DNA from: Nitrosarchaeum sp. | GTDB taxonomy: Archaea > Thermoproteota > Nitrososphaeria > Nitrososphaerales > Nitrosopumilaceae | DNA: 40,000 nucleotides | Assembly: GCA_036984365.1 (NCBI GenBank) | Contig: BQXB01000003.1 | Coordinates: 1 to 40,000 of the forward strand | Direction of reading: 5' to 3' | In this document: positions 8,565-18,219 of the stretch, in pieces | How the letters are laid out: each line of letters begins with the position of its first letter | Position numbering within the stretch: the stretch's first letter is position 1 | Program-made: the position numbers and the translations under genes | Notes under the pieces: model-generated | The model's input: only the letters and a program-made list of their open reading frames with translations | Told to the model about the DNA's origin: nothing | Databases searched by the model: none

Positions 8565-10318
8565 CCAATTACAATACTCTGTCAAAGTTATACACAAAGA
8601 AAAAACAAAACAGAGATCCTGCACAATCAGAACTAAGAGAAATTCATGCGCTGGATACAGAGACATGGAAGGGAGATATCTTTCTAATTGCTGATTCTAG
8701 TGGTCGATATATTGATAAAATTACGCCTGAAAACGTGATGGAATGGCTGTTTTTTAAAAAATACGAGGGTTCTTGGTGCTTTTTTTACAATTTATCATAT
8801 GATGCTGAAGTTATTTTGAAACTGCTTGGAAAAGAACTTGACAGATACAAAAGAACTGGCAAGCTTGAGTTTAAGTTTGGAAAATACAGAATTGTCTACT
8901 ATCCAGAAAAATGCCTCAAGATCACAGCAGGTCACCATTCTGTTATCTTTTATGACATTGCTCAATTTTACCATTCTGGTTTGGTTGATGCATATCAAAA
9001 CAATATTGGAAAACTACCAAAAGAATATCTGGAATTTAAAAAAATTAATGATCAATTCTCACCAACATACTATAGAAGAAATACAAATGCTGTAAGGAAT
9101 TATTGTATTTCAGATTGTAAATACACTAAACAACTGGCACAACACTGGATCAAACTATTTCATGAGGCGTTTTCATTTTATCCTGCAAAGTGGTTGTCCT
9201 CTGGATACTTGGCAGAAAAAGTTTTGATAAACAATAACATAGACATTCCAAAGTTTGATTCCATTCCATATGAGATTCAAGAGATGGCATATCGCAGTTA
9301 TTATGGTGGGAGATTTGAGATTCTAAAACGTGGATTTGTTGGTGAGGCATATCTTTATGACATCAATTCAGCATATCCATATGCAATAACTCAGATTCCA
9401 GATTTATCTGATGGGATATGGATTAAAAGAAAAACAATTCACAAAAACGCAAAAGTTGGATTCTTTAGGATCAGAGCAAAGATTCCAGACTGCAAGTATA
9501 TCCCACCATTTCCATTTAGAACAAAGCATGATATTGTTTTTCCCTCTGGAGAGTTTGAGACATATGTCACACTGCAAGAACTGCTAGTCTGTGAAAAGTC
9601 CTTTTACAAAATTCTTGAAGGATACCAGTTTATCCCAAACTCTGAAATTTATCCATATGCAGATTTTATTTCAAAACTATATCAGAAAAGACTGGAACTA
9701 AAACAGCAAAACAATCCGTTACAGTTGCCAATCAAAATAATTCTGAATTCTATTTATGGCAAGACTGGACAAAGTGTTAATCATAAAATAGGAAACATGT
9801 TCAATCCTGTAATTTTTGCATTTATCACTGGATTTGTGCGTGCCCAACTCTATAGTTTTGTTAAAAAATATGGTTTAGAAAAAGAAGTTGTGTTTTTTGC
9901 AACGGATTCCATATGTACCAGAAAGAAATTAGATATCAATTCTACTGTCTTAGGAGAGTTTTCCTTTGATGGAATGGATGATGATGTCTTTGTGTTGCAG
10001 AATGGTTTCTATCGATTTAATGGAAAATGGAAACAACGTGGATTAGGCAAGTTGGGAACTAGAGAAATAGAACATCTAGACACATTTGAAAAGAATGGGA
10101 GATTGTACTATAGTTTTGTTGTAAACAGAAACAACAGACTACGATCTTCTATTTTACAAAATAAAATTAGCGATATTGGAAAGATAAAACCAGAGACTAG
10201 GGAGTTTAATCTCAATGCAGACAGGAAGAGGTTTTGGTTGGGGAGGATTGAGAGTATGGATGATAAGATAATGAATGAGTCAATACCGATATGTTTTAAT
10301 CATTTTAAAATTAAATGA
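8543..10318 (+). CDS. polB: protein-primed family B DNA polymerase (pPolB)
   Basis: ExoI HALDTET, ExoII YNLSYDAEV, motif A DINSAYPYA, motif B KIILNSIYGKTGQ, motif C FFATDSI. Confidence 0.9.
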   Translation: MAESIPVTNYNTLSKLYTKKKQNRDPAQSELREIHALDTETWKGDIFLIADSSGRYIDKITPENVMEWLFFKKYEGSWCFFYNLSYDAEVILKLLGKELDRYKRTGKLEFKFGKYRIVYYPEKCLKITAGHHSVIFYDIAQFYHSGLVDAYQNNIGKLPKEYLEFKKINDQFSPTYYRRNTNAVRNYCISDCKYTKQLAQHWIKLFHEAFSFYPAKWLSSGYLAEKVLINNNIDIPKFDSIPYEIQEMAYRSYYGGRFEILKRGFVGEAYLYDINSAYPYAITQIPDLSDGIWIKRKTIHKNAKVGFFRIRAKIPDCKYIPPFPFRTKHDIVFPSGEFETYVTLQELLVCEKSFYKILEGYQFIPNSEIYPYADFISKLYQKRLELKQQNNPLQLPIKIILNSIYGKTGQSVNHKIGNMFNPVIFAFITGFVRAQLYSFVKKYGLEKEVVFFATDSICTRKKLDINSTVLGEFSFDGMDDDVFVLQNGFYRFNGKWKQRGLGKLGTREIEHLDTFEKNGRLYYSFVVNRNNRLRSSILQNKISDIGKIKPETREFNLNADRKRFWLGRIESMDDKIMNESIPICFNHFKIK

Positions 10319-10328
10319 TGTTTTAAAA

Positions 10329-10592
10329 TTAAGAATCAGGTTTTAACGTAATATAACCATGGCAATTTTTTGTGTAGATATCTTTACTCAAGCTTAAATT
10401 AAGCAATGTTACTTTTTCAAATGTAACTCCAAATTTATAGGGATTCATTAATTTTAATTTGTCAAAAGATCGTTTTATTTCTTCAAAATCTTCCTCTTTA
10501 ATATCAACAATATTGATTGAAATCGCTCCATTTTGAATATTCATATTAAGTGTACATTTTGATAGAAATGCAAAATCTCCTAATATTTCCAT
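10329..10592 (-). CDS. hypothetical protein (87 aa)
   Basis: ORF only. Confidence 0.35.
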   Translation of the reverse strand: MEILGDFAFLSKCTLNMNIQNGAISINIVDIKEEDFEEIKRSFDKLKLMNPYKFGVTFEKVTLLNLSLSKDIYTKNCHGYITLKPDS

Positions 10593-10609
10593 AGTTATAA
10601 TATTGAATT

Positions 10610-10999
10610 ATGTTTTATATATTAACACAGGATAAGAAAATTGAATTTATGGTATTGGAAAATTTGTCAGATCTTGGAATCGTAATAGAAATCTCAGGAT
10701 TTGTTTTATTGTTATTCTTTTGGAAAATTCCTACCTACACCGATTTATTTAGATGGCAGAAGTTTCTAATTTTCTTTAAGTTCTTTTTTGGATATGAAAA
10801 AATTGCTAAAATAATTTCAGAAAGTAAAATAATGGATGATGATGATACAATGACTCGATCTACAAGTCTTTCTGTCAGTTCTAATAATTCAATTCCGAGT
10901 GAATTCTTACGCTTTTGGAAAATTATGAAAAAGTTTTCTATTTTGATTGTAATCTTAGGATTAGTTTTACAATTATCCTGTTTGAATTTTCCAACATAG
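10610..10999 (+). CDS. hypothetical membrane protein (129 aa)
   Basis: Three hydrophobic segments (LGIVIEISGFVLLLFFW, FLIFFKFFFG, FSILIVILGLVLQL). The ORF ends inside the right TIR. Confidence 0.4.
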   Translation: MFYILTQDKKIEFMVLENLSDLGIVIEISGFVLLLFFWKIPTYTDLFRWQKFLIFFKFFFGYEKIAKIISESKIMDDDDTMTRSTSLSVSSNNSIPSEFLRFWKIMKKFSILIVILGLVLQLSCLNFPT

Positions 11000-11031
11000 C
11001 ACAAAATCGTGCCTACAAAGGGGGGATTCTA
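10993..11031. repeat. Casposon 1 right TIR
   Basis: AACATAGCACAAAATCGTGCCTACAAAGGGGGGATTCTA is the exact reverse complement of 5559..5597. Confidence 0.92.
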
Positions 11032-11036
11032 TTTTT

Positions 11037-11054
11037 ATCGACAGAGAGTAAAAA
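11037..11054. repeat. Target copy b: ATCGACAGAGAGTAAAAA, junction of casposon 1 and casposon 2
   Basis: Identical to 5541..5558. Preceded by T5, which is absent from the native aEF-2 sequence. Confidence 0.9.
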
Positions 11055-11094
11055 GGCAGTCCCCCCTCTTTACGCACAAAAACATGCGTCTGAC
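11055..11094. repeat. Casposon 2 left TIR: GGCAGTCCCCCCTCTTTACGCACAAAAACATGCGTCTGAC
   Basis: The reverse complement matches 21895..21934 at 38 of 40 positions. Confidence 0.9.
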
Positions 11095-11234
11095 TAAAAT
11101 TATAACGAAATAGGATTTGTTGGAGAATTGTTATAACGAAAGTATGAATTTGTGAATAGTTGAAAATAAATCCATCATTATGAAGAATATTGAAATATAG
11201 TTAAAAATACTTAGAATAAAAGATTAATTATTAA

Positions 11235-12491
11235 ATGACAGAATCTGAAATTTCTCTTGAAAAATTAATACTTTCAATTAAGAACATTGTTGATTTAACA
11301 ATGTTAAATCCTAAAAACTATGATAAATTCCAAATGTCTTCTATCATACACATATACGAAAATAATACTACAATTGCTTTTCCACATTCCACAGATTATT
11401 ATAAATTAGATGTCATTCAATATGTCAGAACTAAATCTAAAACTTGGAATTCCAGACTTTCAGATGAATATATTACAAATGAACTAAAAGAATTGGTATT
11501 AGAATTAAAAATAAATTCTGAAAAATACATGAATATTGGTAGAAATGTAAAAGATTGGATCCAAAAACTCAAAACATCATCAATAACAAATTATAGATTT
11601 ATCTTTCCCGTAAATAACGTCGATTATAGAAAAGACATTGAATTTGATAGAATTAAACTTAAGAAATTAAAATTGGATGTATTGCGTTCTTTTATACCGT
11701 TTCAAGATGCGCTTAATCCAAACGATATTTTTTCAACAGAATCTCAATTTGAAGATCTTGTTAAATTCAATCATACAGAAATTTTTGCTTTCATTGATGT
11801 GCAGGCAAAGGATGAAGATCAAGGTAAAATATTAGCAGAATCCTATCTCAAAAAATTAATTCATGCAATAAAATTATTTAATCCGCCATCAGGTATTTGT
11901 GAAAGAGTATTATATTTTCCTGAAACAAAATTTTCATATTTAGTAGTGGATATGGATACAAAAAATGTTTCATTTCCAATGAAAAATCTTCATCTTAATG
12001 CTCACGTTTGGCCCTATATTGATTATTGGAAACGAATTGAACCTTACTGGCAACAATTATCAAATTTTCTCTTTTCAGATGATCTTACTGAAATTCAATC
12101 ATTAATTCTTACAGCATTATATTGGTATGGTGAAGCAAGCAAAGAAACTGAAGATCAAATTTCAAAATTTCTCAAATATCTATATGGGTTAGAATCCTTG
12201 CTAATTTTTGATAATCAATACGGTAAAAGTGAAAAAATATCCCAAAGATTGGCCACAATTCAGAGTAAAGAAAATCCAGAAGATTTTGATTTTTATTACA
12301 ATCTGATGTTCGATTATTATAAATTTCGTAGCCAAATAGTACATTCTGGTAAATTGATTATTGACGATGAAGACGTTGCTACCACTCACACATGGCTACG
12401 TCATTTGATTTTTGATTATATTCTGTTCTCAAAAAAATATGACAATGTACAGGAATTATTCCAGAAAGAATTTTCAATTAAAATTATTTAA
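11235..12491 (+). CDS. HEPN-like protein (C-terminal Rx4H domain), casposon cargo
   Basis: The C-terminal region LTALYWYGEASKETEDQISKFLKYLYGLESLLI ... YYKFRSQIVHSG carries an R-x4-H motif in the helical context typical of HEPN nuclease families of the abortive-infection type. The N-terminal 280 aa are unassigned. Confidence 0.5.
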   Translation: MTESEISLEKLILSIKNIVDLTMLNPKNYDKFQMSSIIHIYENNTTIAFPHSTDYYKLDVIQYVRTKSKTWNSRLSDEYITNELKELVLELKINSEKYMNIGRNVKDWIQKLKTSSITNYRFIFPVNNVDYRKDIEFDRIKLKKLKLDVLRSFIPFQDALNPNDIFSTESQFEDLVKFNHTEIFAFIDVQAKDEDQGKILAESYLKKLIHAIKLFNPPSGICERVLYFPETKFSYLVVDMDTKNVSFPMKNLHLNAHVWPYIDYWKRIEPYWQQLSNFLFSDDLTEIQSLILTALYWYGEASKETEDQISKFLKYLYGLESLLIFDNQYGKSEKISQRLATIQSKENPEDFDFYYNLMFDYYKFRSQIVHSGKLIIDDEDVATTHTWLRHLIFDYILFSKKYDNVQELFQKEFSIKII

Positions 12492-12560
12492 TAAGCATAA
12501 TATATGATCTGATTTTAGATAGCGTATTCAATTAACTCATAATCCAAACTTTCATCAGAT

Positions 12561-13598
12561 TTATTGAAACTTTAATTCGAGTAATGATTGAATTTCAGTA
12601 GCTATTTTTTTTATTGTGTTTTTTCTTTTTAATAGTTCTATATCTACAAATTCTGATTTGTAGAATTCTCTTCCTTCAGATATTTTCTTAAAAAGACATT
12701 CGAATAACTGAAACCCTGAGCGTTGTTTCCATTGTTTTAAAATTGTATGATAATCATCATCACGTTGTATAGAATGTGCATACATCTTCTCATACAATTG
12801 TTCTGGAGAATCCAGATTTTCAAATAGTAATACTTCTTTAAATTCTTCCACAAAGACATGTAGTGGTTGCCAACTCATATCTGACAGTTTTATCATATCT
12901 TTCTCAAAAAATTCATGTAGTATGAAACAATCTTTGAAAATTTTTCCTAATTCGTGTTGTTTATAGACAAATTCTCGTTCTAATTGTCTTCCCATCATAT
13001 TCCATTTTTTGATCTCACCATCTAATTCTTTTAGACTATCATGGATGGATTTATCCATTTTAAATCTAGAAAAATCATCAATGTCTTCCCAAGGAGTTAC
13101 AAGTTTATTTGTCAAGAAAAAATTTCCATTTTGAATTTGTATTATTGAATTGTATATTGGTCGATATACATTTTGTAACAGCCACAATTTGTCTTCATTT
13201 TTTGTTCTTTTTTTTGGGATACTCTTTAGGTGTTCCCGTATCTGAGAACAAACATCTAAAAAATTGGCTCTTGTGAATTCTTCAACATCTTTACCATAAA
13301 TTAGAAATCCTCTTTTTGCATTTTGTTCAATCAAAGGTATTGTAGGCATAGAAATTCCTTGTGCATAGCCTAATTCTTGATTTACAGATGCTGATGAAAT
13401 AGAGTCGTTTGTAATAATTGCTATCAGATAATCAGAATCATCAAGTTGTTGTATAATTTTATTTGAAATTTCAATATCGTATTTCTTTACTCTTTGAGCG
13501 ATATATGCAGTTTCAATGTCTTCTGATTGCTCTAAGATTTCTTTTAATTTAGTTGCTAGATCTTCATCTGTGATTGGATAACTGATGAATATCTTCAT
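12561..13598 (-). CDS. TIR-like domain protein with an unknown C-terminal domain, casposon cargo
   Basis: N-terminus MKIFISYPITDEDLATKLKEIL...SDYLIAIITNDSISSASVNQELGYAQG fits the TIR / DUF1863-type pattern: FISY strand, acidic helix, S-x-x-V-x-x-E with a conserved Glu. Confidence 0.5.
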   Translation of the reverse strand: MKIFISYPITDEDLATKLKEILEQSEDIETAYIAQRVKKYDIEISNKIIQQLDDSDYLIAIITNDSISSASVNQELGYAQGISMPTIPLIEQNAKRGFLIYGKDVEEFTRANFLDVCSQIREHLKSIPKKRTKNEDKLWLLQNVYRPIYNSIIQIQNGNFFLTNKLVTPWEDIDDFSRFKMDKSIHDSLKELDGEIKKWNMMGRQLEREFVYKQHELGKIFKDCFILHEFFEKDMIKLSDMSWQPLHVFVEEFKEVLLFENLDSPEQLYEKMYAHSIQRDDDYHTILKQWKQRSGFQLFECLFKKISEGREFYKSEFVDIELLKRKNTIKKIATEIQSLLELKFQ

Positions 13599-13762
13599 GT
13601 GAACACTTCACAATTAAACTTGCAGTTAATTAAAGAAATTCATTGAAATTGGCATCGAATTAATCATCTTCCCATCATTGACATCTCTCAAATCCTCAAA
13701 CCACATTCTTTTCCTGTCAGCATTAAAATGTTAGTTTCAAAATGCACTTGCTAACAGAAAAC

Positions 13763-14599
13763 TCATTGCAATGTGTATAAATCCGATTTCTGAATTTTAT
13801 TTACTAAATTAGGTTTATTTTTTTTTGTTATAAAATTCACCCTATCTACAAAATCATTTGAAGACAATGGTGCAATATAGATATTTTCTATTAAACTATC
13901 TATATTCAATTTAACAAATTTTCCATCAGGGGTTAATTCATTAGGATTAACAATCCTTGGTTTTGAAGGATTTGTTTTTTCTCTTTCAATGTCTTTTGTG
14001 CCTAATACTTTTTGCAACTTATTATCTTCAGGTAAGGCAGTAATAAGACGTAATTCTGATTCACATTCAAATGAAATTCGTTTTGTTATAAATCGTTGAT
14101 ATGCATTCCATTCATTCATCCATTCTCTAGAATAATCTGAGTAAATCACACGGCCAATCCAAATCGTGTCATCAGTATTGTCATTAAACGATTCTTTTAT
14201 TTTTCTATAAGTTGATTGAATGGCAATTCCCTCCATATTGGATGTGTATAATTTCCACATAGATGCAGATTCATGATCATTGATATGCCAACAATTTACT
14301 AAAAGCTGATTTTTTAGCATCTCGTATGTGATCTCATCCATTTTTGGTTTGTTTTTGATAAATTTATCAAATTGTTTCTTACTAGCAAACCTGTCTTGTA
14401 TTTCAGAGTAAACCTGTTTTGTATTTTTCTTATTGAATTCTGGGACGGTTCCTTCAAAAGGATCTTCAAAAGAAGTAACTTTAGAAAAATGAAGAGACTC
14501 TTTCTCTAATAGACTCTGGAATTTTTGAATATTCATAAAGCGCCAGATTTTACTATCTAGATTGACGGGAGGCTCAAATATTGGATGAGGTTCATGCAT
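13763..14599 (-). CDS. DUF2971-family protein, casposon cargo
   Basis: N-terminal KIWRFMNIQKFQSLLEKESLHFSKVTSFEDPFEG matches the DUF2971 signature (Y/F-x-s-x-x-x-f-x-x-l-L-x-x-x-x-L-x-f-s-x-x-x-x-f-N/E-D-P-F-E). The gene starts 25 nt downstream of the polB stop on the same strand. Confidence 0.6.
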   Translation of the reverse strand: MHEPHPIFEPPVNLDSKIWRFMNIQKFQSLLEKESLHFSKVTSFEDPFEGTVPEFNKKNTKQVYSEIQDRFASKKQFDKFIKNKPKMDEITYEMLKNQLLVNCWHINDHESASMWKLYTSNMEGIAIQSTYRKIKESFNDNTDDTIWIGRVIYSDYSREWMNEWNAYQRFITKRISFECESELRLITALPEDNKLQKVLGTKDIEREKTNPSKPRIVNPNELTPDGKFVKLNIDSLIENIYIAPLSSNDFVDRVNFITKKNKPNLVNKIQKSDLYTLQ

Positions 14600-14624
14600 A
14601 ATGATTAGATTGAACTAAACTTTA

Positions 14625-16442
14625 TCAAATTTTTGCAGCATCAAACAAAGGCAATGGAAACGGTGATGAAATGTTGTGTTCTTTTAATCTTACATCGGTC
14701 AACCTTCCATGCCATAATCTTCCTCTGTCTCCATTGATGTTCAGTTGTTTAGAAGATGTGTAAAACGAACCAATATTTTCTAGTGTTCCCTTGTTTAGAT
14801 TCTCCTTTAGTGTCCCGACCCGTAGTTTCTCAAATGTATACTTGATTCGTCCTTTGGAATCAATGATTGTTTCTTTGTGGTTAATTGACTCATCGCCAAT
14901 AGAACCAATACCTCGAGACCTTTCCCATACATCATTTTTAGAATAAAATCCACTTTGTAATGCATAGATAGACCCCTCAAAATCAAATGAAAATTCGCCT
15001 AATTCCTTTGAATCTAAATTTAATTTCTTTTTGGAACATATTGAATCAGTATACATCATGATGATGTCATTTTCAATTCCATGTTTAATGATACAAGAAT
15101 ATAGTTTGGCTCGAGCAATTCCTGTAATTGTAGATACTATTACGGGATTGAAGATATTTCCCATCTTGTTATCAGTTGTCTGCCCAGTTTTTCCATAAAT
15201 TGAGTTTAGGATAATCTTGAATGGTTGTTCTAGTGGATTTCCTGCTCTTTTTAGTGCCTGTCTTTGCTCGTACATCTCTGTGATTGGCTTTTTGTATGGA
15301 AAATAGGGATCTGGATCACAATACTGCCAAGAATCTAAAATCTCATACCATGATGAATCCTCACAAGATTGCAGTTCTGCAAGTGTGACAAATGTGATAA
15401 ACTCACCGACTGGGTAAATCAGTTTTGATCTAATCTTGAAAGGAAATGGCGAGATGTGCTGAGCTAACGGAATCTTTGCCTTTATTTTAAAAAATCCAAT
15501 CACTACATCTTTCTGAATTGTCTTTGACTGAATCCATTTTCCCTTTGTTAGTTCTGGAACTAGAGTTAACGCATAAGGATATGCCGAATTTACATCATAG
15601 ATAAAACATGATTTGTTGTATCCTCTTTGTACTAGTTCAATTCGTCCACCGGCATATGCATTCCAAGCAAGCTCTTGTGCTTGTTCTGGAATTTCATCAA
15701 ACTTTGGCAGAATGACTCCTTTGTTGATCAGAATTTTTTCTGCAAGATACCCTGATGAAATCCAGTGACTTGGATAAAACCCAAATGCCTTGTAAAACAT
15801 ATCAATCCAATGTGTAGCTAGTATGGCTGTAAACTTGCAGTCTGAGATGCAATAGTTTCTGATTAATTTTTTATGTCTCTTGTAGTATGGAATGGTAAAA
15901 TCTTTTCTTAAATTTTTCATCTCCAAATATTCTTGAGGTAATTTGCCAATGTTTTTCTGATATGCCTCAGATAGTTTCTTTTGAAAATAAAACTGCGATA
16001 TGTCAAAAAATGTAACCGAGTGTTTGCCCTTACGAATTGATAGTTTCTTTTCTTCGATATAATGAATTGAATAACCTAATAGTTTACAACGAAATCTTTG
16101 TTTAAAGTGCAGTAATTCTTTATTTGATAGATTCATTAGAATCATTTTCAAAATTATTCTTGCATCATAGTGTAGATTCCAGAAAAAACACCACGATGAT
16201 TCATATCTTTTATGAAATAGAAATCTCAGAGTTTTTTCAAGCGTAGTATCCTCAAGATCAATGAAATTTCCATCATTGTCTGCAAGTAATAGCATCTTTC
16301 CATTTGAGGTAGCCTCTATGTCCAGAGCATATATTTTACGCCTATCAGAGGTTGCTTTACGCCTAAACTGAGGTCTTTTTCGTAAATGTTTTAGCGTTCT
16401 ACATCTACTTGTTGGAATCTCTATGCTGACGGGTTTTGCCAT
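14625..16442 (-). CDS. polB: protein-primed family B DNA polymerase (pPolB)
   Basis: ExoI YALDIEAT, ExoII WNLHYDARI, motif A DVNSAYPYA, motif B KIILNSIYGKTGQ, motif C MYTDSICS. Confidence 0.9.
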   Translation of the reverse strand: MAKPVSIEIPTSRCRTLKHLRKRPQFRRKATSDRRKIYALDIEATSNGKMLLLADNDGNFIDLEDTTLEKTLRFLFHKRYESSWCFFWNLHYDARIILKMILMNLSNKELLHFKQRFRCKLLGYSIHYIEEKKLSIRKGKHSVTFFDISQFYFQKKLSEAYQKNIGKLPQEYLEMKNLRKDFTIPYYKRHKKLIRNYCISDCKFTAILATHWIDMFYKAFGFYPSHWISSGYLAEKILINKGVILPKFDEIPEQAQELAWNAYAGGRIELVQRGYNKSCFIYDVNSAYPYALTLVPELTKGKWIQSKTIQKDVVIGFFKIKAKIPLAQHISPFPFKIRSKLIYPVGEFITFVTLAELQSCEDSSWYEILDSWQYCDPDPYFPYKKPITEMYEQRQALKRAGNPLEQPFKIILNSIYGKTGQTTDNKMGNIFNPVIVSTITGIARAKLYSCIIKHGIENDIIMMYTDSICSKKKLNLDSKELGEFSFDFEGSIYALQSGFYSKNDVWERSRGIGSIGDESINHKETIIDSKGRIKYTFEKLRVGTLKENLNKGTLENIGSFYTSSKQLNINGDRGRLWHGRLTDVRLKEHNISSPFPLPLFDAAKI

Positions 16443-16756
16443 ATTACATCATTAATCTCTACATCCTCACCTCTACGTCTTGCAAAGAACTGTGCAAATA
16501 CTTGTTTTAGAGTATATTTTTCTCGTAGTTCTGGATATGTATCATATGTTAGTTTGACATATCTCCAAACATTTTTCATAAAACTAGAACGCTTTTGATT
16601 TGTATTTACAGTTGGTTTTTGTTTTGGTGGTTTTTGTGTCTCTAGTTTTTGTTTTTCTTTTTTTAATCTCTTACATAATGTAATTGCCTCTCTGAATTGT
16701 AAATTCTTTAGCTCTTCAAGCAAAGAGTTAATCTTATCTAGGTCAATTGACTTCAT
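16421..16756 (-). CDS. conserved casposon protein (111 aa) ending ...VIWQNPSA; overlaps the polB start
   Basis: Counterpart of 8244..8564, with the same 22-nt overlap with polB. Confidence 0.6.
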   Translation of the reverse strand: MKSIDLDKINSLLEELKNLQFREAITLCKRLKKEKQKLETQKPPKQKPTVNTNQKRSSFMKNVWRYVKLTYDTYPELREKYTLKQVFAQFFARRRGEDVEINDVIWQNPSA

Positions 16757-16782
16757 AGTTTATCACATCATAAAAAAAGAGA

Positions 16783-17115
16783 TTAGAGGGGTTTCACCTC
16801 AAAATCTCTTAATTCTTTTTCTGGATTTTTGCTGGACTGTCTTAGCCATGTCTTGATTTGCAGTACTGTTCCAGATTGTATTTTTCCAGAATGTAGCAGT
16901 TTGTTGTACTGTCTATACAGTATTTTGTTTGTTGACTTGGCTTTCAATGGAATGTTTACATCCATCATGTCAAGTGTTACCAAGACATTCCAGTCGTATT
17001 GTGTTTCAAATGATTCTGGGTCTACTACTACCACTTGAATTGTGTCAGGACTTTTTGCATCCTTGCTTTTGTAGTCGCCCCACTTCAAAAATGGTGGGAG
17101 AGAGGACTGACTCAA
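16783..17115 (-). CDS. conserved casposon protein (110 aa)
   Basis: Counterpart of 7854..8210 (PFLKWGDYKS, IKTWL). Confidence 0.6.
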   Translation of the reverse strand: MSQSSLPPFLKWGDYKSKDAKSPDTIQVVVVDPESFETQYDWNVLVTLDMMDVNIPLKAKSTNKILYRQYNKLLHSGKIQSGTVLQIKTWLRQSSKNPEKELRDFEVKPL

Positions 17116-17393
17116 TTTTGCTCCTCCTCTTTCTGTGTGTCACAGAATGGGGTTATTCTGATGTATGCGCCATCAGAAGATTTTACAAGTTCCACTCGTG
17201 CTCTAATCTCTGCGTTTTGTGAAACATCACAACCGCAGTTTTTTAGAGCGTCCTTGTCAAGAGTGATTACCCTTGAGTAGTTTTGCCGTGGAACTCGTTT
17301 TTCTCCGAAATCAATTGTTGTTTCGGATTGACTTTTGTTTGATTTTTGATTTGTCATTACATGACTTACGTCATACTGATATACTCGTTTCAC
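17112..17393 (-). CDS. AbrB/SpoVT-like small protein, first gene of the polB operon
   Basis: YSRVITLDKDALKNCG...VELVKSSDGAYIRITPF. Positional counterpart of 7654..7857, with a 4-nt overlap with the next gene. Confidence 0.4.
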   Translation of the reverse strand: MKRVYQYDVSHVMTNQKSNKSQSETTIDFGEKRVPRQNYSRVITLDKDALKNCGCDVSQNAEIRARVELVKSSDGAYIRITPFCDTQKEEEQN

Positions 17394-17411
17394 TAATCTG
17401 TAACGTTACAG

Positions 17412-18092
17412 TTGACCGTTTCAAAATCACGCCTAAATATGCATGAAAGAGAGATAATTACGGCTATAGAAAAAGCTGGATTTGAGGGTATCAATGTACG
17501 AGGATTAGTTCGTGCCGGACTTAGTCCAAGCACATTATTGAAATATCTCCCAATACTAGAAAATGAAAAAAAATTAGTGTACCATGAAAAAATAAAAAAT
17601 AGTGATATTTACAAAATCCGTACAGGAAATGAAATTACATATGAAGAATCTAAACTGCTTCTTAATCGTGGGTTAGATGAGATTAGTGATGTTCTTACTA
17701 AAGCGGTAGAGTATTCACAAAAATGGGGGATTGCTGAACAGTTAGAAGTTTATCAACATGCAGTAAATGTGATAACATTAATGAAATACATTAAACAATT
17801 TGGCGAAGAGATGATGGATATTGATAAAGATGCAATTCCAAATGACATTAATGATTATGTTAAGAGATTGGATGAACTATCTAAAACTCTAAATAAAAAA
17901 ATTAATCTATTTCTTTCTCCATTAGTAATGGTTCAACTTGAAAATACCATGTCTGAATCATTAGAATATCTTGAAGCAGTTGCAAAGAAAAAGAAAAGAA
18001 AAGGAAGGAAATCAAAACATATTCAAAAGATTGAACCTGAATTAGCTAAAACTTTTAGTGAACTTTTAGAATTAAATAAATTAGAAAAATAA
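17412..18092 (+). CDS. winged-helix DNA-binding protein (real start possibly ATG 17439)
   Basis: EREIITAIEKAGFEGINVRGLVRAGLSPSTLLKYLPILENEKKLVYHEK fits a wHTH. It is divergent from the polB operon, in the position held by an RHH gene in casposon 1. Confidence 0.45.
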   Translation: MTVSKSRLNMHEREIITAIEKAGFEGINVRGLVRAGLSPSTLLKYLPILENEKKLVYHEKIKNSDIYKIRTGNEITYEESKLLLNRGLDEISDVLTKAVEYSQKWGIAEQLEVYQHAVNVITLMKYIKQFGEEMMDIDKDAIPNDINDYVKRLDELSKTLNKKINLFLSPLVMVQLENTMSESLEYLEAVAKKKKRKGRKSKHIQKIEPELAKTFSELLELNKLEK

Positions 18093-18127
18093 ATAACACC
18101 ACAATTTAGCATGTATTTTTAATTATA

Positions 18128-18169
18128 TTACATACACATTACATACACATTACATACACATTAGATACC
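18128..18169. repeat. 11-bp iterons: TTACATACACA x3 perfect plus a degenerate fourth unit (TTAGATACC)
   Basis: Read directly at 18128-18138, 18139-18149 and 18150-18160, with the degenerate unit at 18161-18169. They lie about 50 nt upstream of the RHH gene. Confidence 0.85.
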
Positions 18170-18219
18170 TGTATTACACTAGTAACGTCTATAATTTATT
18201 TACAACTTGTGTATACAAC

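Larger units (their letters stand above)
5554..11036. mobile_element. Casposon 1 (minimal Cas1 + pPolB self-synthesizing transposon, about 5.5 kb); boundaries +/-5 bp
   Basis: Perfect 39-bp TIRs (44 bp counting A5/T5), flanked by identical target copies a and b. Encodes a Cas1 casposase and a protein-primed PolB. Confidence 0.9.

Noticed and set aside
10915-11097. 60-aa ORF spanning the casposon 1 / casposon 2 junction
   Set aside because: It reads through the right TIR, the target copy and the next left TIR. It is an artefact of juxtaposed non-coding termini. The same applies to 21879..22064 across the casposon 2 / element 3 junction.
16829-17280. Plus-strand ORFs 16829..17038, 16929..17222 and 17035..17280
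   Set aside because: They are antisense to the conserved minus-strand casposon operon genes, Cys/Leu/Phe-rich, and have no counterpart in casposon 1.
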